Shown: positions 40,527 through 54,744 of the stretch, one piece after another
How positions within the stretch are numbered: the stretch's first letter is position 1
Layout: each line of letters opens with the position of its first letter
Assembly: GCA_030390025.1 (NCBI GenBank)
Contig: CM059432.1
Coordinates: 109,804,001 to 109,868,000, forward strand
Direction of reading: 5' to 3'
From: Squalus acanthias
Lineage: Eukaryota
Length of the DNA: 64,000 bases
Program-made: the position numbers and the translations under genes
Notes under the pieces: model-generated
Seen by the model: only the letters and a program-made list of their open reading frames with translations
Told to the model about the DNA's origin: nothing
Databases searched by the model: none

Positions 40527-41337
40527 TTAAAATTCTGCTCTACATTAATCCTCAGAAACACATTTCCTTTGTAGCTTGAATATGCACATACAAATAGATC
40601 AGACCAAATAATTCATGCAGAAAATGTGTGGTAAATGCACTATGGCATGTCTGCTTGTTGGGCAATACTGTATTCAATACAGTTTGTTCATCATTATCTC
40701 AAAGTTGTGCTTCAACTTGAGGCCCATGAAAGCACCCTAGTAAGAGTCACAAAATAAAACAACCAGTACACTCTGGATGGAGAAGAAACATTTAAGTACT
40801 TTTTTTTCCCCAAAACACAGCTGTGAAGCGGAAGCCTCAGTAAGCAAAATTGACATGTTGGCTGCAAACAGGGTCTATTATTTAAACCTGAGCATTACTT
40901 GCGCAAATGCATCTACTATCGAATGCTATCAAAATACAAGCTACAGCATCTAGTTAGTAGTGGGCTAGCACAGGAAATGGGATTGGAATAGATCCAGTTG
41001 AGGAGCTAGCACAGACATGATGTGCTGAATTCTGCACTGTAATTTAAAAAAAATCTGTAAGCTAATGAAGTCATGTCATTGCAGTAATTTGTACATTTCA
41101 TTGCAGTAGATTGTACACAAAAAACCTGCCACTCTATTGAATTGACAGTTTGAATCAATGTACAGTAGGATCACAGTGAAGTTTTAAGTAAAATTCTAAT
41201 TTACATTAAACCTCCCCATGCATTTTGTAAGAAGCTGTACTGACATTAGGTAGAGGTCTATAAACTGTACTGCCCTACCCTCCTGCAAAAGGAGAACATG
41301 AATGCAGGTGACTGACTGTCGGAAAAAGGTTGGAAGA

Positions 41338-41371
<34 letters not shown>

Positions 41372-42071
41372 GACCTGAAACCTTAACTGTTGACCTGCTG
41401 AGTATCTCCAGCATTTTCTGTTTTTATTACACATTAGATGGCTTTGTTCCCAGTACAGCCCGAGGATACAATATACAGAACTGAAGCCAATGATTGGGGT
41501 TATCAACTATCCACTTGGAAAACAACTTGCATTTATAAGGTGCATTTAACACAACAAAACGTCCCATGGTTAAAGAGAGAGTTATCAATAAAAACATTTT
41601 TGACACCGAGCCACAGAAGGAGATATCAGGACAGATAACCAAAAGCTTGGTCAAAGAGGTAGGTTTTAAGGAGCATCTTGAAGGAGAAGAGAGGTCGAGT
41701 GGAGGAGAGGTTTAGGGAGAAAATTCCAGAGCTTGGGGCCAAGGCAGCTGAAAGCACGGTTGGCAATGGGGAAGCGATTAAAATTGGGGATGCGCAAGAG
41801 GTCTGAAGTGGAAGAGTGCAGAGATCTTGAAAGCTTGTAGGGCTGAAGGTGGTTAGAGATAGGGAGGGGTGAGGCCATGGCAGGATTTAAAAATAAGGAT
41901 AAGGATTTTAAAATTGAGGCGTTGTTGGACCGGGAGACAGTGAAGGTCAGCGAGCACAGGGGAGATGGAAGAGTTTGGACACGGGCGGCAGAGTTTTGGA
42001 TGACCTCAAGTTTATGGAGGGTAGAACTAGGGAGGCCGGCCAGGAGTGTGTTGGAATAGTCAAGTCTAGAG

Positions 42072-42223
42072 CAATGTGCCCGTTAAGCTGCGCGGTGGTT
42101 TGGAGGTCCGGCGCAGGCCGCTCAGCGGCTTTTAAATGGAGAAACCGCACATGCGGAAATTTGAATGGGCCGCAGAGCCCATAAAAGGGGCTGCGCACCC
42201 AAACAAAATTAGCAGGAACATTG
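42072..42223. mobile_element. hAT MITE, copy 2 (inside L2 fragment ~41518-42283)
   Basis: GTCTAGAG TSDs and the same TIRs. Confidence 0.85.
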
Positions 42224-42301
42224 GTCTAGAGGTTACAAAGGCATTATTGAGGATTTTGGCAGTAGATGAGCTGAGGCAAGGGCAAAAAGTTCAAAAAAAC
42301 T

Positions 42302-45300
42302 ACAAGAACATAAGAAATAGGAACAGGAATAGGCCACTTGGCCTCTCGAGCCTGCTCTGCCATTCAATAAGATCATGGCTGATCTTGGGCTCAAAGCCAC
42401 TTCCCTGCCCGCACCCCATAACCCTTCACTCCCTTATCTTGCAAAAATCTGTCTATCTCTGGGGCAGAGAATTTCACAGATTTACGACCCTCAGGAGAAG
42501 AAATTCCTTCTCATCTCAGTTCTAAAAGGGCGACCCTTTATTCTGAAACTATGCTCCCGAGTTCTAGATTTCCCCACGAGGGGAAACATCCTCTCTGCAT
42601 CTACCTTGTAGAGCCCCCTCAGTATCTTATGTTTCAATATTATCTCTCATTCTTCTAAATTCTAAGGCCCAACCTTTCTTCATAAGTCAACCCCCTCATC
42701 TCCGGACTCAACCGTGTGAACCTTCTCTCAACTGCCTCCAATACAAGTATATCCTTCCTTAAATAAGGAGACCAAAACTGTACGCAGTACTCAAGGTGTA
42801 TCTCACCAATACCCTGTACAGTTTGTAGCAGGACTTCCCTGCTTTTATACTCCAACCCCCTTGCAATAAAGGCCAACATTGCATTTGCCTTTTTGATTAC
42901 AGGAAACTCTATTAACCGGCACAGACGGGACCGGCGTGGTGCCGGTTTATCGAAAGTACCGGATAACGGAGAGTTATATCTACCGAGGCTATTTTTAACA
43001 AAGAAAAATAAATAAATCAAGAAATGTGCAGTATACTTCCGACAGCACCAGGAGGTCGAGTAGTGGCACTTTTGAAAACTACCCCTACTGACTAAATCGG
43101 CGTTCGCGGACTCGGACTCGGGATCGGCAACATTGCCGGTTATTTGAGAGGAGTTTTCGGAGTACTCGCCGTTCGCGGAGACTCGACTGCGACTCGGCAA
43201 CATTGCCGGTTATTTGAGAGGAGTTTTCGGAGGATGATTTTTGCCGGTTAAGCGAGAATTCCGGATATTTGGGTGCCGGATAAACAAAAGTTTCCTGTAC
43301 TTGCTGTACCTGCATGCTAACTTGTGTTTCATGCACAAGGACTCCCAGGTCCCTCTGAACTGTAGCATTTGTAATCGCTCTCCATTTAAATAATAATTTG
43401 CTTTTTTTATTTTTCCTGCTAAAGTGTATAACCTCTCACTTTCCCACATTATACTCCATCTGCCAAATGTTTGCCTACTCACTTAGCCTGTCTATATCCC
43501 TTTGCAGGTTCTTTGAGTCCTCTGCACAACTTGCTTTCCCACCCATCTTTGTATCATCCGCAAACTTGGCTACATTACATTCGGTCCCTTCATCCAAGTC
43601 ATTAATGTAGACTGTAAATAGTTGAGGCGCCAGCACCGATCCCTGTGGCACCCCACTAGTTACCGTTGCCAACCGGAAAATGACCCATTTAACCGACTCT
43701 CTGCTTTCTGTTAGTTAGCCAATTCTCTATCCATGCTAATATATTACCCCCCAATTCCGTGAGCTCTTATCTTATGCAGTAACCTTTTATGTGGCACCTT
43801 ATCGAATGCCTTCTGGAAATCCAAATACACCACATCCACTGGCTCACCTTTATCTACCCTGCTCGTTACATCCTCAAAGAACTCCAGCAAATTTGTTAAA
43901 CATGATTTCCCTTTCATAAAACCATGCTGACTCTGCTTGACTGCATTATCATTTTCCAAATGCCCTGCTACCGCTTCCTTAATGAAGGACTCCAGCATTT
44001 TCCCAACGACGGACGTTAGGCTAACTGGTCTATAGGTCCCTGCTTTCTGTCTCCCTCCTTTCTTAAATAGAGGTGTTACATTTGCGGTTTCCAATCCACT
44101 GGGACCTCTCCAGAGTCCAGGGAATTTTGGTATAATGCAATCAATGCACCCACAATCTAGCAGTCACTTCTTTTAAGACCCTGGGATGCAGGCCATCTGG
44201 TCCAGGGGACTTGTCTTTTAGTCCCATTATTTTACCAAGTACTTTTTCCTTAGTGATAGTCTTTAGTTCCCCCCTCCCTGTGGCCCCTTGATTATCCATT
44301 ATTGGGATGTTGTTGGTGTCTTCTGCCGCGAAGACAGATACAAAATATTTGCAGAGTCTCTACCATTCCCAGTTCCCCATTCTCATCCTCTAAGGGACCA
44401 ATGTTTACTTTAGCTACTCTCTTCCTTTTTATATACCTGTAGAAGCTCTTACTTTCTTTAATATTTCTTGCCAGTTTACTCTCAATTCATCTTCTCTGTT
44501 TATCATTTTTTTTAGTCATTTTTTGCTGGTTTAAAAATTTTTTCCCAATTCTCTGACCTCCCACCAATCTTGGCAACATTGTATGCCTTTTTCCAATTTG
44601 ATACCATCCTTCACTTCCTTATTTAGCCACGGATAGTGCTCCCTTCTCTTAAAATCTCTCACTGGAATATATTTTTGTTGCTAGTTATAAAATATCTCCT
44701 TAAATGTCAGCCACTGCATTTCAACTGTCTTACCCTTTAATTTATTTTTCCAGTCCACTTTAGCTAGTTCTGCCTTCATGCCATTGTAATTGCCTTTGTT
44801 TAAGATCACGACACTGGTTTCAGATACAACTTTCTCACCCTCCAACTGAATTTGAAATTCAACCATGTTATGATAACTCTTTCCAAGAGGATCCTTTACT
44901 ACGAGATCATTTATTAATTCTGTCTCATTACACAGAACCAGATCCAAGATAGCCTGCTCCCTGGTTGGTTCCATTACATACTGTTCTAGGAAACCATCCC
45001 GGATACACTATGAACTCAAGGCTACCATGGCCAATTTGATTTGTCCAATCAATATGGAGATTAAAATCACCCATGATTATTACCGTACCTTTTTTACAGG
45101 CCTCCATTATTTGTTGATTTATACTCTGTCCAACAGTATTGCTACTGTTCGGGGGCCTGCAGACTACGCCCAGAGACTTTTCCCCCTTTTATTTATTTAT
45201 TTTTTATCTCCACCCAACCCGATTCCACATCTTGATCTTCTGAGCCAATATCACTTCTCACCACTGCACTGATCCCATCCTTTACCAACAAAGCCACCCC

Positions 45301-45872
45301 ACCTCCCTTTCCTTTCTGTCTATCCTGCCGAATTGTCAAATAACCTGGAATATTCAGTTCCCAGCCCTGATCACCTTGCAACCACGTCTCTAATGCCGAT
45401 CAGATCATACCCATTTGTGCCGTCAACTCATCTATCTTTATCTGAATGCACGCAGCATTCGTAGCTAGAGCTTTTAACTGTCTTTTTACCATTTCTCCTT
45501 GTTTTGGCCCCATTTTCTGTTGCACTCTTATTTTAACATTCGGTCCCTTCCTGTCACACTCTGGTTATTATTTCCCCATCTCTATCCTGCTCTATTCTTT
45601 TCTCATTGACATTTTAAATACCCGCTCACCTGGACCACCCCCCCCCCCCCCCACTATTTAGTTTAAAGCCCTCTCTACAGCCCTAGTTATTCGATTCACC
45701 AGGACTTTAGCCCCAGCATGGTTCAAGTGAAGTCCATCCAAACAGAACAGCTCCCTCTTATCCCAGTACTGGTGCCAGTGCCCCACAAATCGAAACCCAT
45801 TTCTCCCACACCAGTCTTTGAGCCACTCGTTCATTTCTCTGATCTTATTTACCCTATGCTGGGTAATACAAA
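42302..45872 (-). mobile_element. Degraded CR1, copy 2, containing the Tigger-like MITE at 42900-43297
   Basis: Duplicate of 13374-16950. Confidence 0.9.
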
Positions 45873-46235
45873 GGTTACAGCAAGTAGCCCTTTCCAAGCA
45901 TCAAGATCATAGTTAAATATACTAGTGTGCTAACATAAATTATATAACATTGACATCTTGGATAAATGGAGGTATTAATCTCCAAGGGCAAACTGCTATG
46001 TGCTCCCATCCTTGTAGAGGGGAAAAAAATAGAAATGTGGATTATAATGTACTTGCTGGAAGAACCAACTCATGCAATCCACCTGAACTTTAAGAATTTT
46101 AATTATTTTCCTTGCATTAAGTTCTCTCCCTTGCTAGGTTGCGATCACCATTATAAAATGAAGTAAAATAAAACACCAAGTACAACAGTACTAGTTATGC
46201 AACACGTTCATTCTGACAGTGGTTTGTAAATTTCA

Positions 46236-46505
<270 letters not shown>

Positions 46506-46795
46506 TTAATTTGCTAGTAATGAAATTTGAGGTTTGTTTCTGTGCTTATTATTCCCTAAACTCCACAAAACAGCATTTTAGATTTTTTTTTTTTTAATTC
46601 CGTTAAGGCCAACTATACATTTGCCTACAAATGTCACTCCAAAATCTAACTCACACTTTTGAAGGATTACAACAAAAGAATCTACATAAATAAGCATGTG
46701 AAGACTCATTAAGAACATAAGAACCAGGAGCAGGAGTAGGCCAATTGGCCCCTCGAGCCTGCTCCGCCATTCAATAAGATCATGGTTGATCCAAT

Positions 46796-47087
46796 CTTGG
46801 CCCCGGTTCGTACGTGAATTGGGTCTGTGGTGGAACTGTTGGTCAGGATCACGGCTTGCATGTCGTCGTGAAGCAGGCAGAGGATGGGGACAAACTTTTG
46901 AGGGCAGCCGAATTTGAGGAGAACACTCCATAATCCCTGACGGTTGACAGTGTCGAAGGCCTTTGTGAGATCAAAGAAGGCCATGTTGGTGCTGTTCCCT
47001 GCATTTCTCTTGTAATTGATGCGCGGTGAAGATCATGTCCATTGTGCCCCTTAGTGGGCGGAATCCGCATTGCGACTCTGGGAGGAG
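46796..47087 (-). mobile_element. RTE LINE 5' part, copy 2
   Basis: Duplicate of 17873-18164. Confidence 0.9.
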
Positions 47088-50000
47088 ACTATTAGAGGAA
47101 CTGCACGAGGAAAGTCAGGAAAGACGTGCGCAAGAACAGACCTCCCGTAACATGGTTGAATACCTACAGTGTCAGGTTACAGAGGCCAAGGTAAACCTGC
47201 AGGCCCTACGGGAAGAAAATGCGAGGCTAATAGCGAGAGCTGACAGCTTGGAGGGCCAGCTAAGGGATATAAAGATAGCTCATAAAGTAGCCAGGAGTAG
47301 AGGCTATGAGGAAGCAGATCACGAACAATGTAAGGAAAGGATCCAAAAATTGACCCAAGCCTTGTCCGGAGCCAGAAGTATGGCCTGTTTAATGTCACCG
47401 GGGGAAACTGGGACAAGGAGGGTCAGGAGCCTGATGATAGGGCTCAGGACAAGAAAGTTCGACCGGCGCCTGAAGCGCCACCAAGACCAATGTGGCCTCT
47501 GCAGTAGCAGAAGTTCAGGCCACCCGCACCAAACGGCGACCAGGGCTCACTGCAGAGCGGTTACGTGGTCCCGTACACAACCCCTCAGCTGCAAGCTATG
47601 CTATCAGGGATGCCTAAGCTTAAACGGGACGGGGACCCTTCAGTTCACTTTATGGAAGTAGAACAGGTAGGGGGGGGGGTCAACGGATGTAGTGAGGGCG
47701 AGATCAACAGGCTGATGCGGTTCTCCCTTGAAGGGGGATTGTATCAGAGCTTATTCCGCAGCCACAAAGCTGGGAGGGGGCACCACAGAGGGCTTGAAAG
47801 ACGAGATCCTGAGGGCCATGGGGCATACCCAGGGTAAACATAGAAACATAGAAACATAGAAACTAGGAGCAGGAGTAGGCCATTCGGCCCGTCGAGCCTG
47901 CTCCACCATTCAATACGATCATGGCTGATCATCCAAATCCAGTATCCTGTCCCCGCTTTCTCACACAGAATCCCCATCGAGCCTGCACCGACACATATCC
48001 CACCCTATCCCCGTAACCCCACGTATTTAATTCCCCCTAACATATCCCATCCTATCCCCGTAACCCCACATATTTAATCCCCCCCTAACACTAAGGGTCA
48101 ATTTATCATAGCCAAATGGGTAGCCCATTCTTACAAGTAGAACGGACTAGGCAGCTGGCTGGCGAGGCACCAGATGCATTCGCGGACAAGCTATGGCCTG
48201 TGTACGTAAAGGCAACTGGAGGGACGCTCAACCGCGCGCAGTTGAGAGGGGCCCCCAGGAATCACTGGCTCAGGGTCCTTGTGGCGAACAGCTTGCCCAG
48301 GGTCAGGGCAGAAACGTGGTTTGACCCCGAGGACCTCGCGAATGTGGAGGCAGGCGTGCTCAGAAAGCTGAGTCTAGCCTTTAAGGCCGATTCCGGGGAG
48401 GAGGTCAAACCAAAGGGAAGGGTCCACGAAATGAAAGCCAGTGAGGGTAATAGGAAGGAATGGCGACAGGAAGGGGTTAGTACCGACAGGACTTATTTCG
48501 GGTGTGGGAAGAGGGGACACTGGAGGTGAGACTGCCTGGTCCCCAAAGGGGGGAGACCAGTCCCAGGGGGTCCTCCAGTGCAGAAGCCACGTGTTAGAGG
48601 CAGAGGGGACGACCGACGAGTCGTTCGAGCTTCTGGTGGCCGCCCTACGGAAGACTATGGGAAAGGACAAAGGCAAGTTAGAGGCTGCCGTGAGCAGTGA
48701 AGCGCCTACTGCACCCGTACGCCCCCCACCCTGACTGGAACGTGTCCAGCCTGAGTACCTGTGTCCGCTCACGTACGATGAGTGGGGCAGGCCCTGTGTA
48801 AAGATAGGGGCGGAGACGGTGCAGGGGAAATATTTGGTGGATACCAGGGCTTCCAGCACAGTGGTCCATTCAAAAAACCCGACCAATTCACCCTGGTCTA
48901 GCAGGGTCCCATTCAGACTCGTGGGGTTCACAGGGAATGAGCAGGCTGGGGCAATCTCAAAACCCCTGGCCATAGAACTAAGATCCTGATGCAATGGGAA
49001 CAGCCAGGATCAGGAGTCCTCGGGGCTGGCTTTATGTTAGCCAACCGAGTGATTGTGGATTTAAGGAATCACTGCCTATGGGGGGCAGCAGATTCAGATA
49101 AAGCAGAGGAGGCGCTAGTGATCCCAAGAGATAGGGAAGGAAGGGGTAGTGTGTGTACTATGAAGCCCAAGGGGAATTACGACCTAGAGCAGTTGGTCTG
49201 TAATACCCCAGCCAAGTATCAGGCAAACGTGTGGGACAACCTCGCCGCATTCGCCACTCACAAGCACGACTGTGGCATGGTGACAGGGGTAGAAGTCAGA
49301 GTGCAAGGGGACCCCACGTCACGGCCACAGAAACAGTACAGTTTCCCCAGAGAGGCAGAAGCCAACTTAGAGACGGCACTGGGATCCCTTGTAGAACAAG
49401 GGGTGCTGAGGCCGATAGCCACCCACGTAAACTCAGCACTTTTGCCGGTTAAGAAGCCCAACCAGTCGTGGAGAGCCACCATGGACTATCGGGTGCTCAA
49501 TAAAAATATCCCAGCCTGCGCGCCCAGTGTCACGGCTGTTGCTGACCTCATAGGGAGCATTCCAGCGACCGCAACCACGTTCACGGTGCTGGATATCTCC
49601 AATGGGTTCTGGTCGGTTCCCCTCAAAACGGGAAGACCAGTACAAATTTGCCTTTACATTTAAAGGGCAACAGTACACCTAGACATGCCTTTCCCAGGGG
49701 TTTCACAACAGCCCCTCCATATTTCACCAGTGTATGGCCGACGCACTCAAAGGCTTCAGCCAACCCAACCAGCTAATCCAGTATGTGGACGACTTGCTTT
49801 TGTTCTCCGCGGAGGGGGAGGAGCACAGGCCACTGCTGGACGAGCTGTTGAGGCTGTTGCGGGAGACAGGGTTTAAAGTGAACCCAAAGAAAGCCCAGAT
49901 CGGTCGGAAGTCAAATTCCTCGGGCTGACCGTAAGGGCTGGTGAGCGAGCGTTAGATGAGGCAAAAAGAAAGGCAGTAGGCAGTACAGGAGTTACCAGCC

Positions 50001-51966
50001 CCCAAGGATGTAACAGGGGTAAGATCCTTCCTGGGACTCACAGGGTACTGCAGGGATTTTATTGAGGGTTACGCAGCCACGGCAGCCCCTCTGCTTCGGC
50101 TCCTCCGCAAGGGAGTCGGGTGGGAGTGGGTCCAGAACTGCCAGGAAGCGTTCACAAGCCTCAAGGAGAATTTACAGACGGCACCCGCGTTGGGAGCCAT
50201 TAACAGTAGTGAGGAATTCCTTTTGGAGGTAGCAGCCAGCGGGGATAGCTTGAGCGCGGTGTTGCTCCAGGAGCGGCACGGCAAGCTACGACCCGTGGTC
50301 TACTCAAGGGTTCTCACTGAGGTAGAAAGGGGATACTCCAACTGCGAGAGGCATCTCCTAGCCACGCACTGGGCAGTAAAGCGCTCCCAGCTCTTTACGG
50401 GATCATCCCTGATAACCTTACTAACTCACCCCCACCCCCACTCAGATGTTGTTAGACGGGAGGATAAAGGACGGAACAGTGAGCAGTGCCTGTATTGCTC
50501 GCTGGACTTTATTGCTCTCGCAAATGAATCTGAGTGTGCAGGGGTTGACAGAGACAAAGCTGGCTATGAATTTAATCTATCCAGGGACTGCCCATGCGTG
50601 TACTGTAGAAGGGGTGTGGGACGTAGGTGTGGGATTCTGGGCCGGGATACACCCGACAGGCCGGGACATCTACGTAGACGGGTCAAGTTCAGTGGTGAAT
50701 GGGGAGCGTCTCACTGGGTGTGGGATTTATGACCCCACAGCTAAGATAGCGAAGGCCATTAAACTCCCCAGCACCCTGAGTGCTCAGCACTCCGAACTGT
50801 CGGCGGTGGCGTACGTGGTTACCCACCCTGATGAATTCCCCACCCCCTATACCATCTGCTCGGATTCCATGTTCACCTGTAATTCATGCACGGAGTACTT
50901 GGCCATTTGGGCCAGGCGCAGTTTCAAGTCCGCAGATGGGAAGCCCCTAGTGACAGCACCGTTGCTAGAGAGAATTTTAAAAGTCACGGGCACCTGGGGA
51001 GATTACTACATACACAAGGTTAAAGTCCATTCAAAGACAGAGCCCAAGTGGGAGGGCAACCAAAAGGCAGATGAGCTGGCCAAACAGGGGGCCAGGGAAG
51101 GAGTATTCTGGGATCTGTACAGAGCAGGTCCGGTAGCAGCAATCCGGGACAAGGGAGGCACACAGGGGGGTAGCTTTGGCCCCGGACTTAACAAGTCCAA
51201 GCGCAGGATCCCGTACTTAGGGCCGTCCTTGTAAAAAGGGAGAACGGCGAATTGGTGGAGAGTCCGTTCGGGGCAGTGGACATCACGGTTGAGGGGATGC
51301 TTTTCAAAGGGGATCGTTGGATAGTTCCAGCACAGCACCGGGAGGAGTTCCTCCAGTTGGCCCACGGGGGCGGGACACCGAGGGCCGGAAACTACTTGGC
51401 AAAGGGTAGAGGCGGCGGGGTGGTGGCCCCATCTCAGGGAGGAAGTCAAAGAATTCTGTGCGAATTGTTTGGTGCGTGTGGCTAACAACCCCGATCCCCA
51501 GCGCAGAAAAGCCCCATAGGACACACCAGAAGGGTAGAGGGACTGTGGCGGTCCCTGCAGGTCGATTTCATCAGACCACTACCCACCACTAAAGCAGGTA
51601 GCAAGTACGGCTTAGTCCTGGTGGACGTATTCTCAAAGTGGGTGGAGGCCTTCCCATGCCGAGCAGCCACAGCACTAACGACAGCTAGGGTCCTAGTGAG
51701 GGAAGTATTCTCCCGATGGGGACTGCCACAGGTTGTGGAGTCCGACCAAGGGAGCCATTTCACGGGGCAGGTGATGCAGACCACCATAAAACTTTTGGGA
51801 ATACAAGGGAAGTGGCATGTGGCTCACAATCCCCAGTCATCGGGGATTGTGGACCGCATGAACCGGACACTGAAAGAAAGACTGAGGAAGGAGATAAGCC
51901 CGTTCCCGCAGAAATGGGACGAGCTCTTGCCTCTAGTCTTAATGAGTGTCCGGGCCAGCCCCACCA
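47088..51966 (+). mobile_element. gag(3')-pro-pol of retrovirus-like element, copy 2 (no LTR or gag start upstream)
   Basis: Duplicate of 18165-23040. Confidence 0.9.
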
Positions 51967-51989
51967 GGGTACAATGCGAGGGACCAGTG

Positions 51990-53319
51990 TACATAAGAAA
52001 TAGGAGCAGGAGTAGGCCATTCGGCCCTTCGAGCCTGCTCCGCCATTCAATGAGATCATGGCTGATCTTCTGCCTCAATTCCATTCACCGGCCTTATCGC
52101 CATATCCCTTGATGCCTTTACTAGTCAGAAATCTATCGACTTCTGTTTTGAATATACCCAATGACTGAGCCTCCACAGCCCTCTGGGGTAGAGAATTCCA
52201 AAGATTCACCACCATGTGTGTGAAGAAATTTCTTCTCATCTCAGTCCTGAATGGCCTACCCTTTATCCTGAGGCTTTGGCCCCTGGTTCTAGACTCCCCA
52301 GCCAAGGGAAACATTCTCCCTGCATCCACCTATCAAGCCCTGTAATAATTTTGTATGCTTCAATCAGATCCCTCCTCATTCTTCTGAATTCAAGAGAATA
52401 CAGGCCTAGCTTACTCAATCTCTTCTCATAAGACAGTCCCGCCATCCCAGGAATCAATCTTGTGAACCTTCTTTGCACTCCTTCTATGGCAAGTATATCC
52501 TTCCTTAGGTAAGGAGACCAAAATTGTACACAGTACTCCAGGTGTGGTCTCACCAAGGCCCTATATAATTGGAGTAAGACTTCTTTACTCCTGTACTCAA
52601 ATCCTCTTGTAATGAAGGCCAGCATACCATTTGCCTTCCTAATGGCTTGCTGCACCTGCACATTCACTTTCAGTGACTCATGTATAAGGACAGCCAGGTC
52701 CCTTTGAGCATCTGCATTCCCCAATCTTTCACCATTTAGGAAATATTCTGCCTTTGTTTTTTCTGCCAAAGTGGATAACTTCACATTTATCTACATTATA
52801 TTCCATCTGCCATGCCCACTCACTGAGCCTGTTGAGATCCCCTTGAAGTCTCTTCACATCCTCTTCGCAACTGATACTGCCACCTAGCTTTGTGTCATCA
52901 GCAAATTTGGAAATGTTACATTTAGTCCCCTTATCCAAATCATTGATATAGATTGTGAATAGCTGGGGCCCAAGCACAGATCCACTAGTCACAGCCTGCC
53001 ATCCTGAAAAAGACCCATTTATCCCTACTCTTTGTTTTCTGTCTGTTAACCAATTCTCAATCCATGCTAGTATATTACCCCCAATTCCAGGTGCCCTAAT
53101 TTTGTTCACCAGCCTCATGTGGGACCTTATCGAAGGCCTTCTGAAAATCCAAATACACCACATCTACCAGTTCCCCTTTGTCTACTCCACTCGTTACATC
53201 CTCAAAGAACTCCAATAGGTTTGTCAAACAGGATTTCCCTTTCATAAATCCATGTTGACACTGCCCAATCTTACTATTAGTTTCTAAGTGCCCAGTTATT
53301 GCATCCTTTAAAATAGATT
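51990..53319 (-). mobile_element. 5'-truncated CR1, copy 2
   Basis: Duplicate of 23064-24393. Confidence 0.9.
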
Positions 53320-54744
53320 CCAGTGTCAGGAACCAGGGTACAGCGTGAGGGACCAGGGTACAGTGTACTTCAATACAGTTTCCAATTAATTCCATTCCAA
53401 TTCACCCTAATACTCGGTTTCCAATTCGTTTACTATTCGTTCCATTCCAATTCAACCCAATATTCGGTTTCCAATTCGTTGCAGTCCAATTCATTCCAAT
53501 ACTCAATTTCCAATCCGTTCCAGTCCAATTCAATTCTCAGCTCCTCCATTTATAAACCCCAAAATGTTATTGGCCCTTATGACTTAATCTACTTTATAAC
53601 TCTCACTTTCAAGGAATTATCAATTTGAATCTCAAGTTTCTCTCTCCATACTCAAATGTTTTTCTACTCAAGCATATACTCCCATCCCTTGTTTTTTTCT
53701 GCTCAAGATGCATTTCTTCACACTTCTCTAGATTAAATTGCATCAGCTACTTGTCAGTCTTTACAGTTCGCCTGTTTGCCAATCCCCTACTTGTCATCAA
53801 ATTGCAATAACATTCTCCCTATACCCAAGTCCAAATCAGATTATGTACACACAATCAAGAAACGTCGATCAATCAACAATCCCTGCGGTACACTGCTTCC
53901 AACCTTTCTCCAATTCAAGCAACACCCATTAGCCCTAATCCTTTGCTTCTTGTCTGTAAACCAACCATACACTGGCTGCCCTCAATTATCTCATGCATCT
54001 CTAAATGCAGAGTAATTTGCTCACAACTGACATCAGAATTCTGGGAAAAAATGCAATACTTACTATTAAGCTTAGTCATTAGATGCTAGAAATGCTTGCA
54101 AGAGGTTCCCCAAATGTTAGCAGTTAAGTGAAATAAATTAAACCTACCTCACTTTCCATTTTGGGCTCCTGTATCCAGGTACCAGATAAGCGGTTTGGTA
54201 GGATGCTCAACCCATTTTTATTCTCCATCTCTTTTCAATGCCAACTTTGAGAAGGGCAATTTTGGTGCAGAGTCAGATTGTGGACATTTTAGGAGATGGC
54301 AAGAGTATGACGACAATTTGCATTTATATAGCGTCTTTAGCATAGGAAAATGTCCCACACCGGATTCTTTTCTAAAACAAAAATTGCTGCCAAGTTTAAG
54401 GTTTTTTCTAGTTAAAAGCCTTAATTGCATTTTTGCTCCCCATACATTTTCCCCCCACACAAGACTTTAAAAAGAAAAATTCCCAAATTTATAAAAGGTG
54501 TTTTGTTTAAAAAATACAACTGCAACCTTAGCTGCAATGTTTATTTTACATACATTAAAAAAAATATTTTCAAAATGAAGCATTTTTCATTTTTATTTTA
54601 AGAGGTTGATCGCAGTTTTGAAAAATAAGGAACTTTAAAAAAATCTCAACAGCGTTTTTGCTTGCAACAAATGGTTGCAGCAATCTTTCTTCCTGAGTAA
54701 TTTAGAGATCCCAAGCATTTTACTCAGTCATTTAGGAAGTAAAG